From contig JBMNUZ010000011.1 of the NCBI GenBank assembly GCA_050946535.1, positions 2,262 to 66,261 on the forward strand: a stretch of 64,000 nucleotides of DNA, given 5' to 3'. A program made the translations under genes and the position numbers. Below, one piece after another: positions 25,948-35,019 of the stretch; positions within the stretch are counted from its first letter, which is position 1; every line of letters starts with the position of its first letter. Source of the stretch: Anaerovoracaceae bacterium (GTDB taxonomy: Bacteria > Bacillota > Clostridia > Peptostreptococcales > Anaerovoracaceae). The notes under the pieces are model-generated. The model saw nothing but the letters and a program-made list of their open reading frames with translations, searched no databases and was not told the origin of the DNA.

Positions 25948-26581
25948 TCGCCATTCCTTTAACTTCAGGAACTATGATGCATCTGCTGTTCCCGCCGATC
26001 TCAAACGTGCTTCCTGTCTTTATCACAGGCCTGTCAACAGCGCATGAAAGGAAATCGTCCGGACCGGAGATCTCTCTGTATCCGCAGCTGCCTTTTCTGT
26101 AATGCATAGGAACGGCAACTACCGGATCGATCGCTTCGATGATCTTGTAAGCCTGTTTCCCGTCGACGGTGTAAAAGCCACCCACAGGAATGAGTGCACA
26201 GTCGAGTCCCTTCAGTTTCTCGACAGTATCTTTGTCAGGCATTTCTCCGATATCTGCGAGATGTGCGACTCTTATTCCTCCTGCTTCGAAAATTCGCATG
26301 ACGCACTTGCCTCTGAGCGCTCCCTTCTTATCGTCATGGAAGCACCCTATCTCAGTAATCTTAAACGGAGATTTTTTTCCGGAGTTCTTCTTTTTCACGG
26401 CAGATACGAAATTGTGGTCTGCGTGATCGTGGCTGCAGAAAACTTCGTCAGCCTCAACATGCAAAGGTGGATATCCCGGAACTCCTGTGTACGGATCGGT
26501 TACGATCGTGTAGCCGTCATATTCGATGGCAAAGCACGAATGGCCGTGCCACGTGATCTTTATCTTCTCATTTTCTGACAT
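25937..26581 (-). CDS. MBL-fold metallo-hydrolase
   Basis: HGHSCF and SHDHADH metal-binding motifs. It overlaps the flippase gene by 11 nt. Confidence 0.9.
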   Translation of the reverse strand: MSENEKIKITWHGHSCFAIEYDGYTIVTDPYTGVPGYPPLHVEADEVFCSHDHADHNFVSAVKKKNSGKKSPFKITEIGCFHDDKKGALRGKCVMRIFEAGGIRVAHLADIGEMPDKDTVEKLKGLDCALIPVGGFYTVDGKQAYKIIEAIDPVVAVPMHYRKGSCGYREISGPDDFLSCAVDRPVIKTGSTFEIGGNSRCIIVPEVKGMANEF

Positions 26582-26593
26582 AGCTTTATCTCC

Positions 26594-27976
26594 CTACTTC
26601 GCAGCGAGGAATGCCTTGTAGGCTTTGTATCCCTGATAAATATCGAATTTGCTTGCAGCTTCATACGGCGAATGCATCGACAGGATAGGAACTCCGCAGT
26701 CGAGCACGTTCATTCCCCTGTCAGCGAGTATGTAGGCTATGGTTCCGCCGCCTCCCGCATCGACTTTGCCGAGCTCGGAGAACTGATATTCTACTCCGGC
26801 CGCGTCGAAGACACCTCGTACGAAACCTATGAACTCGGCGTTGGCGTCCGAAGCTCCGGATTTGCCCCTTGCGCCTGTATATTTATTGATGTTTATTCCC
26901 TTCCCTGCGAAAGCAGCATTCTGCTTTTCCATTACGTCAGGATAAGCCGGGTCGAACGCTGCGGTAACGTCTGCGGAGAGCACTCTCGATGCAGAGAACG
27001 TGCGCTGAACCGCGTAAGGATTTACGACACCTGTCTTTTCGAGCACGTCCATCATGAACAGTTCGAAATTGTGCGAAGCCATGCCAGTGTTTCCTACGCT
27101 TCCGATCTCCTCCTTGTCTGAGAAGATGCCTACGGCCGTGCGTTCCGGAACACCTTCGACGGACATGAGAGCCATGAGTCCCGGATAAGCGCATATTCTG
27201 TCGTCCTGTCCGTATCCGGCTACCATGCTGCCGTCCAGTCCGAGAGTTCTCGCCTTCTCCGCCGGAACAGCCTCGATTTCAGCACTCGTAAAATCTTCTT
27301 CCTCCATGCCGTATTTCTCTTTCAGGATTTTCAGAAGAGCGGCCTTGACCTTGTCGCTTTCAGCTTCCGGATCAGGAATCGATCCCGCGAGTATGCTTAG
27401 CTTTTCTCCCTCTACGCCGTCGGCCAGCTTTTTGGCATTCTGCTTTGAGGCGAGATGCGGAAGAAGATCTGTAACGAGAAAAACAGGATCTCCGTCTTCT
27501 TCACCGATGCGAATCTCCTGTGTCCTGCCGTCACTGAAAGATACGACACCGTGAAGCGCAAGAGGAATCGTAGTCCACTGGTATTTCTTGATGCCTCCGT
27601 AATAGTGTGTCCTGAAGAAAGCCATTCCGCTGTCTTCGAACAGAGGCTCCTGTTTGAGATCGAGCCTCGGAGCATCGATATGTGCTCCCACGCCGTTGAA
27701 TCCTTCAGTAACTGGTTGTTTCCCGATAACGGCCAGATAGACCGATTTACCGTGATTTATGTAATAGACCTTGTCGCCGGGACTGAGCTTTTCCATTCCG
27801 GAGATATCCTTGAAGCCGTGTTCTCCGGCTATGCGGACGATCTCCCTCGCGGCCTCTCTTTCAGTCTTCGCTGTGTTGATGAAATCGATATATCCGTCAG
27901 CGAATTTCATGATGCTTTCTTTTTCAGCATCATCGCAGGCCTCCCAGCCAGTCTTTTTCTCTTCTTTCTCAGACAT
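26594..27976 (-). CDS. M18-family aminopeptidase
   Basis: 460 aa; GAHIDAPRLDLKQEP and typical M18 metal-ligand regions. Confidence 0.88.
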   Translation of the reverse strand: MSEKEEKKTGWEACDDAEKESIMKFADGYIDFINTAKTEREAAREIVRIAGEHGFKDISGMEKLSPGDKVYYINHGKSVYLAVIGKQPVTEGFNGVGAHIDAPRLDLKQEPLFEDSGMAFFRTHYYGGIKKYQWTTIPLALHGVVSFSDGRTQEIRIGEEDGDPVFLVTDLLPHLASKQNAKKLADGVEGEKLSILAGSIPDPEAESDKVKAALLKILKEKYGMEEEDFTSAEIEAVPAEKARTLGLDGSMVAGYGQDDRICAYPGLMALMSVEGVPERTAVGIFSDKEEIGSVGNTGMASHNFELFMMDVLEKTGVVNPYAVQRTFSASRVLSADVTAAFDPAYPDVMEKQNAAFAGKGININKYTGARGKSGASDANAEFIGFVRGVFDAAGVEYQFSELGKVDAGGGGTIAYILADRGMNVLDCGVPILSMHSPYEAASKFDIYQGYKAYKAFLAAK

Positions 27977-28094
27977 TGATTGTTCCTCCGTCAGCAGAGA
28001 CCGGCGCTATTCACGCCGGCTCATTTTAAAGTATACATGACCTGAAAATTAATGAATCTGAATAATTCTTACTCAGATAATAACAAATCTTAAA

Positions 28095-28940
28095 TCAGAC
28101 ATTGCCCAGATATACAGAGCGCAGATGAGAGCGGGCAGCATTCCTGAGCTGTTTCATGACATCCTTGTCAGTCATATCCCTGTCCTGCATCCTGTACATA
28201 GGGAAAAATCTCGTGATGTGAAGCGGTATGTCACGGTCTATTTCTGCCACCCACGACGCCAGCTTTTCCATTTCATCAAGGCTGTCGTTCTCGCCGGGAA
28301 CGATGAGCGTCGTCAGCTCCACGTGAGAGCCGCCGGCCGCCTTCTTTATGAATCTCTTCACCATCTCGAGGCTGCCGCCTATTCTCATGTACCAGTCACT
28401 CGTAAAGCCCTTCAGATCGATGTTGAACGCATCGGTATACGGGAGCACCTCATCGAGCACTTCACCGCTGAAACAGCCGTTCGTGACTATGACATTCTTA
28501 ATGCCTCTCTCGTGGACTATTTTCGCAGTATCGCGGACGTACTCCCATCCCGTAAGTGCTTCGTTATATGTGTATGCCACACCGATATTCCCGTCGTCTC
28601 TGAGCATATACGCCTGATCGGCGAGCTGCTCCGGAGACGTATACGACCATCTCACCGAATCGGCTCCGGCCCTCGAAATCGTGAAGTTCTGGCAGAACGG
28701 GCAGTCCATGTTGCAGCCGTAGCTGCCGCACGAAAGTATCATGCTCCCGGGATAGAACTCCGCCAGAGGCTTCTTCTCGACAGGGTCGAGGGCGAGCGAC
28801 GTCAGCCTTCCGTAATTTGTGCAGATGACTCTGCCGCCGCTGTTTCCACGCGCCCCGCAGAAGCCGGTCTTGCCCGGCTGGATCCTGCAGTGCCTGAAGC
28901 AGCTGGTGCACTCGGCAGCCGGCATTCTCAGATCAGACAT
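28095..28940 (-). CDS. amrS: AmmeMemoRadiSam system radical SAM enzyme
   Basis: CNMDCPFCQN (Cx3Cx2C) preceded by the Cys-rich N-terminus CTSCFRHC...FCGAR. 8-nt overlap with the upstream gene. Confidence 0.88.
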   Translation of the reverse strand: MSDLRMPAAECTSCFRHCRIQPGKTGFCGARGNSGGRVICTNYGRLTSLALDPVEKKPLAEFYPGSMILSCGSYGCNMDCPFCQNFTISRAGADSVRWSYTSPEQLADQAYMLRDDGNIGVAYTYNEALTGWEYVRDTAKIVHERGIKNVIVTNGCFSGEVLDEVLPYTDAFNIDLKGFTSDWYMRIGGSLEMVKRFIKKAAGGSHVELTTLIVPGENDSLDEMEKLASWVAEIDRDIPLHITRFFPMYRMQDRDMTDKDVMKQLRNAARSHLRSVYLGNV

Positions 28941-30327
28941 GTCTCACGACCTCAAAGCGCTTCAGGCTGTAGTCCTCTCCGTCGGCGATGCCGGCCTTTT
29001 GTCTCGCGATTTCGACCTGTCTCTGCACGGTGTCAACGCCGTCCAGATCAGGCAGCAGAAGACCGGTCTTCGAACCGTTCGTGACGATTACTCCGTAGCG
29101 CCTGCAGTCGAGATCATCCTCCGAATCGACGTCTTCGACCTCGCCCAGCACATCGACGCTGTACTGGATATACGGCAGCTCTTCCTTAGCCACCTTTACA
29201 AAGCGCGGATCGCGCGAGCACGCGCTTATTCCGTTGTTAATGATCTCCTGGGCGATGTTCTCGGCCGCCGGCTGTATCGTGCCTATGCAGCCTCTGAGCC
29301 TTCCGTTGATATTAAGAGTTACAAACACTCCGGCCTTGTTCTCCAGCATCTCTTCCGGAAGGTCGGAAGGTATCTTCGCCCTGCGGCCGGCGTAAATGTA
29401 TGTTTCCACTGCCGTGCGCGCGAGCTGCGCATACGGATCCTGCCTGTCGCGCGAGTCGTTTATCTCCTGTATTTCACGCTCCGTTTCTTTCTGCATGAAA
29501 TTTCTGTCCTTGTTTTCTCCTCCCGGAGTAAACAGGCAGACGCCGTAGCCAACGCCGAACGGGCCTTCGTACGACAGCTTTTCAGCGGTTACGTCGCGCT
29601 GATCGAAGCAGCCAGCCATGATCGTAAACGACCTGTGCCCGCATTCGGCAGCCTCGGTGCAGAATCCGTCGGAGAACGTCATCAGTTTCCCGAAATCAGC
29701 ATTCGAAAGCACATCCATGACCTTGGCATCGTAATCCGGACCTGCAGGGCTGAATCCGTACGGGCCGTCCTTCAGCAGCTTGTGCGACAGATCGCCGCTC
29801 GCGATGAACGAAACCTTTCTGCCTAGGAAGTTCACGGCATTGTTTATGAGCATTCCGAAATAATAGTGCTCCGCAAGAGTCCTCCCCGAGAGACTTATCC
29901 TGACGAATTTCGGCAGCGGCTTGTCACCGTAAGCTTCCTTCAGGAAATATACCGGAATCATGAACGCGTGATCGAGCTGCTTCGTCTTCTCGCCTTTCGT
30001 GCCTGCAGGGAAGCTCTGCTGCTCCGCATCTTCACATATATTTTCTACGAGCTCCTCGTCGTAGTCCACGTGCATTCTCACCTGAGGCACTCCGTACTGT
30101 CCGAAATCCCCGTCGGCGCCGCTTCCCGGCGAGATGTGGAAATAGTCGTAATACATGACGTTGTGAGGCGTCGTGATGATAACAGTTTCCGGATCGGCCT
30201 CCTTTATGAACTGCGCCGCCTTTTTATAGGCCGCAACCGTATTAGAAATCATGTTTTCATTTCCCTCACCTATTTCAGGAATTATGAGAGGCGGATGAGG
30301 AACCGCTATAGCATTCACAATACTCAT
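28933..30327 (-). CDS. Fusion of a LigB/Memo-like (class III extradiol dioxygenase fold) domain and an AMMECR1 domain
   Basis: N-terminal half: AVPHPPLIIPEIG, ASGDLSHKL. C-terminal half: GVFVTLNINGRLRGCIGTIQP (AMMECR1). Confidence 0.85.
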   Translation of the reverse strand: MSIVNAIAVPHPPLIIPEIGEGNENMISNTVAAYKKAAQFIKEADPETVIITTPHNVMYYDYFHISPGSGADGDFGQYGVPQVRMHVDYDEELVENICEDAEQQSFPAGTKGEKTKQLDHAFMIPVYFLKEAYGDKPLPKFVRISLSGRTLAEHYYFGMLINNAVNFLGRKVSFIASGDLSHKLLKDGPYGFSPAGPDYDAKVMDVLSNADFGKLMTFSDGFCTEAAECGHRSFTIMAGCFDQRDVTAEKLSYEGPFGVGYGVCLFTPGGENKDRNFMQKETEREIQEINDSRDRQDPYAQLARTAVETYIYAGRRAKIPSDLPEEMLENKAGVFVTLNINGRLRGCIGTIQPAAENIAQEIINNGISACSRDPRFVKVAKEELPYIQYSVDVLGEVEDVDSEDDLDCRRYGVIVTNGSKTGLLLPDLDGVDTVQRQVEIARQKAGIADGEDYSLKRFEVVRHV

Positions 30328-30381
30328 ATCAACACTTTCCTCCTTAATTACCGATACTCAGTTTCTATTTTGAGTTTCTTC

Positions 30382-30409
30382 TGTATCTGTTGTATTGTAT
30401 CTGTTGTAT
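30382..30409. repeat. 14-nt perfect tandem duplication TGTATCTGTTGTAT x2, plus a degenerate third copy
   Basis: Units at 30382-30395 and 30396-30409, 55-85 nt upstream of the AMMECR1-fusion start. A related TGTGTCTGTTGTC is at 30423-30435. Confidence 0.9.
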
Positions 30410-30621
30410 CTGATGAATTTGTTGTGTCTGTTGTCTTTACGGCTGCAGTCCCTGCCGGCCAGCTGAAAGTCAGCAGCGGCTGCACCGTCCCGCAAACGCC
30501 GGAGCGTGTGTTTTTACCTTATTATATATTCAATGGTGCCAGTCCACAAAGGGAATATACCCTCTGAATCACTTAATATGCCATGATATGAACGTTTTTT
30601 GGATATTCAGCACGAATTCTT

Positions 30622-30685
30622 GTTTCCGCGCGGCACCGTCTCAGCGCGATTCCGTTTCCGCGCAGCTCTGCCTCAGCGCGATTCC
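30622..30685. repeat. 32-nt tandem repeat with constant arms and an 8-nt variable core
   Basis: GTTTCCGCGC-N8-CTCAGCGCGATTCC at 30622-30653 and 30654-30685, followed by a degenerate third unit. It lies in the 3' flank of the AEC transporter gene. Confidence 0.9.
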
Positions 30686-30732
30686 GTCTTTGCACGGCTC
30701 CGTCTCCTGTCACGCGGGTTTTCCGCAGTTCC

Positions 30733-31674
30733 TCAGAACATTCCCAGATTTTTAAACAGGAAAAGCCACAGGAACATGGTGAGGAGTGAAAACGCTGAAG
30801 TGAATATAACGGCTGCTCCCGCGAGCGCGCCGTCGCTGTCCATTGCATCCGCCATAGTGTACGAGGAAATTGCAGACGGTGCCGTCATCATCGCAAGCAG
30901 AGATATGAAATCTATACCTCTGAACCCGAGCAGCGCCGCCAGCGTAAGACCTGCGGCAGGAACGAGCACCAGTCTCGTGACGACGACGATCGTGAGGTCT
31001 TTCGTATATCCTCTTATTCGCTTGAAGCTGAACGATGCTCCCAATATGATGAGGGCAATCGGTGTGCACGCGTTTCCCATATCTGAAATTACAGTATCCA
31101 CCGCTTCAGGCAGCTTCAGATCTGCCGCCGTTGCGAGAATGCCGCATATCGCACCAATGATTATAGGATTTTTTGCCAGGCTCTTGATTATGGAAAGAGG
31201 CGAAACGCTCCCTCCTCTGAATGCTTCGAGAATAATGACAGCCATGATGTTGTAGACAGGCACGATTACTGAGACCATTACGGCGGTCATAGATACGTTC
31301 CCTTTGCCGAAAATGTTCATGGCGACAGGAAGACCCATGATCACGTAATTGCTCCTGTACATGGCCTGTATCATCGCACCCCGTTTCCTGTTGTCCTTTT
31401 CGACGGCCATGACTGCCGGAGTTATCACGGCTATCTCGCCGAGCACGAAAATCACTCCGAACACTACCGTTGATATATTTATTTCCCCGCTGAACGACGA
31501 ACCGTAGATATTTTCAAACATCAGAGGTCCGAAAAAGACGAGGAAAACGAATCTGTTCACTTTTCTGACTTCGTCGTATGACAGAATATTGAAATGCCTG
31601 ACTGCAACTCCGATGAATATTAGTAAAAACATCGGGAGGACAGCGTTCAGACAGACTTCGAAATTTGAAAGCAT
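30733..31674 (-). CDS. AEC (auxin efflux carrier) family transporter
   Basis: About 10 TM segments. Start trimmed to MLSNFEVCLNAVLPMFLLIF (ATG at 31674). Confidence 0.88.
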   Translation of the reverse strand: MLSNFEVCLNAVLPMFLLIFIGVAVRHFNILSYDEVRKVNRFVFLVFFGPLMFENIYGSSFSGEINISTVVFGVIFVLGEIAVITPAVMAVEKDNRKRGAMIQAMYRSNYVIMGLPVAMNIFGKGNVSMTAVMVSVIVPVYNIMAVIILEAFRGGSVSPLSIIKSLAKNPIIIGAICGILATAADLKLPEAVDTVISDMGNACTPIALIILGASFSFKRIRGYTKDLTIVVVTRLVLVPAAGLTLAALLGFRGIDFISLLAMMTAPSAISSYTMADAMDSDGALAGAAVIFTSAFSLLTMFLWLFLFKNLGMF

Positions 31675-31995
31675 CGGTGAGCAATCCCCTCTTAAGGCCG
31701 GCACGCCGGTCATCGCTCCCGCGCCTCAGAATATCCGGCCTTTATTCTTTTGCTATATTTTTCTCTGTATTTTTTCTCTGCAACTAATTCAATATTTTAA
31801 TATAATTAGATTATAAGTACATACTAATAATCAGAAAAAACAAAATGCCATTAAGTGGATAAAAAGCGTTAAGAAATTGTCACAGCGGCATGCATTCCGT
31901 GCATTTCCGCGCAAAAATTAAGTGCCGAAAAGTGAAATGCTCCGGACCAGTGACAGACACGGCACAGGAACGGCAGCATTTCAGGAGTATTAAGA

Positions 31996-32880
31996 ATGAA
32001 TATAATTGAAAGCTTCGACAACGACAGCTCCGCTGTCATAAATCCGGGATTCCGGGACGGACCTGTCCTTGGATTTCCGGAAACGGCAGTCTGCTGCTTT
32101 ATGCAAAGCACCATAGACGTGCTGTTCCCTGAAATCTGTGATGTACCGCAGAAGCCCGATTTAAGACTGCCAGTCAGCGGTGCGCCCGTCCGGATAATAA
32201 ATTACGAAAGCCGCGGCCTCTGGAAGAGCCAGCCTGGCTGTTCCGGGGAACAGGACGGCACCGACGGCAGCGCTGAAAGCGTTCCCGGATCAAAAAGAGC
32301 ACCAGGCAGGCGCACCGCTTTTGCTCTGTGCCGGCTTCCGGTCGGGGCACCGTCAGCGGCAGCGGCGCTGGAAAACCTGTACGCCGCAGGAGTCCGCACA
32401 GCAGTCGTCTTCGGCACCTGCGGAGTGCTGAAAGCCGACATCGGCGACTGCAGCGTGATCATCCCTGACAGCGCACTCAGGTGCGAGGGCACGAGCTTCC
32501 ACTACGTTCCCGCATCGGACGAGATCGTACTCAACGGCTCGTATAAAGAGGAATTCGCACAGATCCTGAACAGCCTGTCGGTTCCGTACCGGACCGGCAA
32601 AGTCTGGACGACAGATGCGGTCTACAGGGAGACCCGCAATATGATCGAAAAGCGGCGCCGTCAGGGCTGCATCTGCGTCGACATGGAATGCTCTGCACTC
32701 GCGGCGGTCGCTACGTTTCGCAGACGCGGTTTCTTCCAGTTCTTCTGCGCCGCCGACAACCTCGATGCGCCAGCCTGGGAACGGCGCAGCCTGGGAACGT
32801 TCGATCTGCACGAACGCAGGGTGTCAATCGTTCGTTCCGCGCTGGAACTGGCTTCACTCATATCTGATGAGGAAAAATGA
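31996..32880 (+). CDS. Nucleoside phosphorylase-family (PNP/UDP type 1) protein with an internal insertion
   Basis: GTCGVL, TTDAVYRET and CVDMECSALAAVA motifs. AGGAG RBS. Confidence 0.8.
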   Translation: MNIIESFDNDSSAVINPGFRDGPVLGFPETAVCCFMQSTIDVLFPEICDVPQKPDLRLPVSGAPVRIINYESRGLWKSQPGCSGEQDGTDGSAESVPGSKRAPGRRTAFALCRLPVGAPSAAAALENLYAAGVRTAVVFGTCGVLKADIGDCSVIIPDSALRCEGTSFHYVPASDEIVLNGSYKEEFAQILNSLSVPYRTGKVWTTDAVYRETRNMIEKRRRQGCICVDMECSALAAVATFRRRGFFQFFCAADNLDAPAWERRSLGTFDLHERRVSIVRSALELASLISDEEK

Positions 32881-33050
32881 TCATGCTCAGGATCGTTCAT
32901 TTTCTTCATTTTATTCATTGCGAAATCAGAAAAACTGCATGAAGCCGACATAATTTTATAGTATATTATCATATGTTAAGGCAATTATAAGTCAAAGGAA
33001 AAATGTGTTATATTATTATCGAAAAGCACTACTTATATTTGTACATATAA

Positions 33051-33079
33051 TTGACACTTCAAAACAACTATGCTATTAT
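33051..33079 (+). promoter_or_regulatory. Near-consensus promoter of the acyl-CoA dehydrogenase gene
   Basis: TTGACA (33051-33056), 17-nt spacer, TGcTATTAT (33074-33079). Confidence 0.6.
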
Positions 33080-33172
33080 CAAATTGTTGATAAACAGATA
33101 ATTGTGCAGCTAAAAAAGCACACAGTGCATCTGGTATTTTTGGCTTTTTACAGAAGAAAGGAGTCTATTATT

Positions 33173-34708
33173 ATGAAACCATTCTGGTGGTGGACACAGG
33201 AACAGATCGATTACTATAACGAATTAGGCGAATTTTTCAAATCAATTGCCAAGGAGGAAGGCCGTACTCGTTATACAAGAGAGTTCCCGTTCCATATATT
33301 TGAAGAAGTAGGTAAAAAGGGTTACCTCGGTGCTGCTATTCCTAAGGAATATGGCGGACTCGGACTCGGTGCTACTGGTTCCTGCATGCTCGCTGAGCAG
33401 GCTCACTACATTTCACCGGGCGTCGGCCGTATCATCGTAGGTGACATGAACGGCGGACTCCGTCAGATCGTAGAAAAAGGTACTGAAGAACAGAAGAAGA
33501 AGTTCCTCCCTGGTATCGCAGCAGGCGAAACTGGTGCCGTAGTTATCACAGAAGTATCGGCTGGTACCGATGCAGCTGGTATCGCTCTTACAGCTGAGAA
33601 GAAGGGCAGCAAGTACATCCTTAACGGACGTAAGAGATTTATCGTAGGCGCTGGCGTTGCTGACAGATTCTTCATCTATGCTCGTACTTCAAACGATCCT
33701 GAAATGATCAAGAAGCATAAGCACCTGACAGCATTCATCGTAAAGGCTTCAGAAGTTAAGGGCATCACTACAGAAAAGATCAACGAAATCCTCGGATTCG
33801 AAAACGTACAGAACGGCTCACTGATCTTCGACAACGTTGAGATCGATGAATCAGCCAGAATCGGCGAAGAGGGCGAAGGCTTCAAGATCATGATGCAGGG
33901 CCTCAACTTCGAAAGAACCAACATCGCCGCTACTACAATCGGCTGGCACAGAGCTATGCTGAACTACATCATCCCTTACTCAGAGAGAAGAATTCAGTTC
34001 GGAAGACCTACTATAGACCAGAAGCCTAACCAGGATAAGATCACTCATATCCTCGAAAGACTCATCTTCCTCAGAGACACAGTTTATGTAACTGCTAAGA
34101 AGTGGGATCTCGAAGAAAACATCATCATCGACGCATCTGTAATCAAGGCTAAGTGCGCAGAGCTCGCTCTCGAGTCTGCAAGAGAAGCTACTCAGGTTAT
34201 GGGCGGCGACGGTATCAACAACTTCTACCCTATCAAGAACATCTACGAAGTTGCCAAGACTGAGCACATCGCAGGCGGTACTGTAGAAGCTTGCGAACTT
34301 ACTATCTACAGACAGATCTTCAAGCAGATGCAGGAAGACATCGTATGGCCTCGCAGAGTCATCGACGAAGTTACAAACGCTCCTGTTGTTGATTACTCAC
34401 CAGTTGAGAAGAAGGTTCCTTGCGACGCTAAGAACCTCCTCGACGTTCTCGCTGAGAACTACAGAGTTAACCAGGGTCTGTCAATGACTATCGACGACAT
34501 CAAGGCTTACGTTGACGGTTCTGACGATGACATCATCAAGGGAATCAACGACCTCGTTGCTGCAGGCGATGCTGTAGCTCACGTAAACAAGAAGACTGGC
34601 GTTGTTGATATGGCAAGAGCTTCTTACCCTGGACTGTCAAAGGCTCATCCAAATGAGTACTATCAGTTATGGCCGAAGTTCATCGATGAAGATCCAAGAA
34701 GACACTAA
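33173..34708 (+). CDS. Acyl-CoA dehydrogenase family protein with a ~115-aa C-terminal extension
   Basis: ITEVSAGTDAAG, YILNGRKRFIVGAG, QGLNFERTNIAA and HIAGGTVEAC. Start at the ATG at 33173 after AAGGAG. Strongly biased codon usage (AAG, GCT, ATC, CTC, AGA). Confidence 0.88.
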   Translation: MKPFWWWTQEQIDYYNELGEFFKSIAKEEGRTRYTREFPFHIFEEVGKKGYLGAAIPKEYGGLGLGATGSCMLAEQAHYISPGVGRIIVGDMNGGLRQIVEKGTEEQKKKFLPGIAAGETGAVVITEVSAGTDAAGIALTAEKKGSKYILNGRKRFIVGAGVADRFFIYARTSNDPEMIKKHKHLTAFIVKASEVKGITTEKINEILGFENVQNGSLIFDNVEIDESARIGEEGEGFKIMMQGLNFERTNIAATTIGWHRAMLNYIIPYSERRIQFGRPTIDQKPNQDKITHILERLIFLRDTVYVTAKKWDLEENIIIDASVIKAKCAELALESAREATQVMGGDGINNFYPIKNIYEVAKTEHIAGGTVEACELTIYRQIFKQMQEDIVWPRRVIDEVTNAPVVDYSPVEKKVPCDAKNLLDVLAENYRVNQGLSMTIDDIKAYVDGSDDDIIKGINDLVAAGDAVAHVNKKTGVVDMARASYPGLSKAHPNEYYQLWPKFIDEDPRRH

Positions 34709-34790
34709 TTCAGATCACTGTAATTAGAGATAAGTAATCGATCCGGATACCTGTGTCCGTAAAAAAACAGGCAAACGGAAAAATTCGCAA

Positions 34791-34828
34791 AGAGGCAGTT
34801 GTTTTAAACAACTGCCTCTTCTTTTATT
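34791..34828 (+). terminator. Acyl-CoA dehydrogenase terminator
   Basis: About 12-bp stem AGAGGCAGTTGT / ACAACTGCCTCT followed by TCTTTTATT. Confidence 0.8.
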
Positions 34829-35019
34829 CATATTATTTTTCTTTTCCAATTGTATTTTCCGCGTGTCCGGCCCGGCGCGTTCATGTGCCGGCTGTTCTCA
34901 GGCGATCGCGGCCCGCGTGCTGCGCTGGCGTGCCACACTGGTATACTGCATGATTCTGTCCGCTATCCTCTTTTCCTGCTTATCTGCTTCCGGATTTTAA
35001 TGGATATTACGCATTTTTA

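Noticed and set aside
28125-29826. Antisense ORFs of 319 and 335 aa opposite the AmmeMemoRadiSam genes.
   Set aside because: These are shadow ORFs of GC3-biased genes. They have no start context and no recognisable motifs, whereas the sense frames carry clear radical SAM and AMMECR1 motifs.
34262-34294. The acyl-CoA dehydrogenase seemed to lack its catalytic Glu (AGGT instead of YEGT), suggesting an inactive or non-dehydrogenase homologue.
   Set aside because: A Glu is present in LNFERT (33901-33918), the position used by IVD/LCAD-type enzymes, which also have Gly at the YEGT position. It is probably active.
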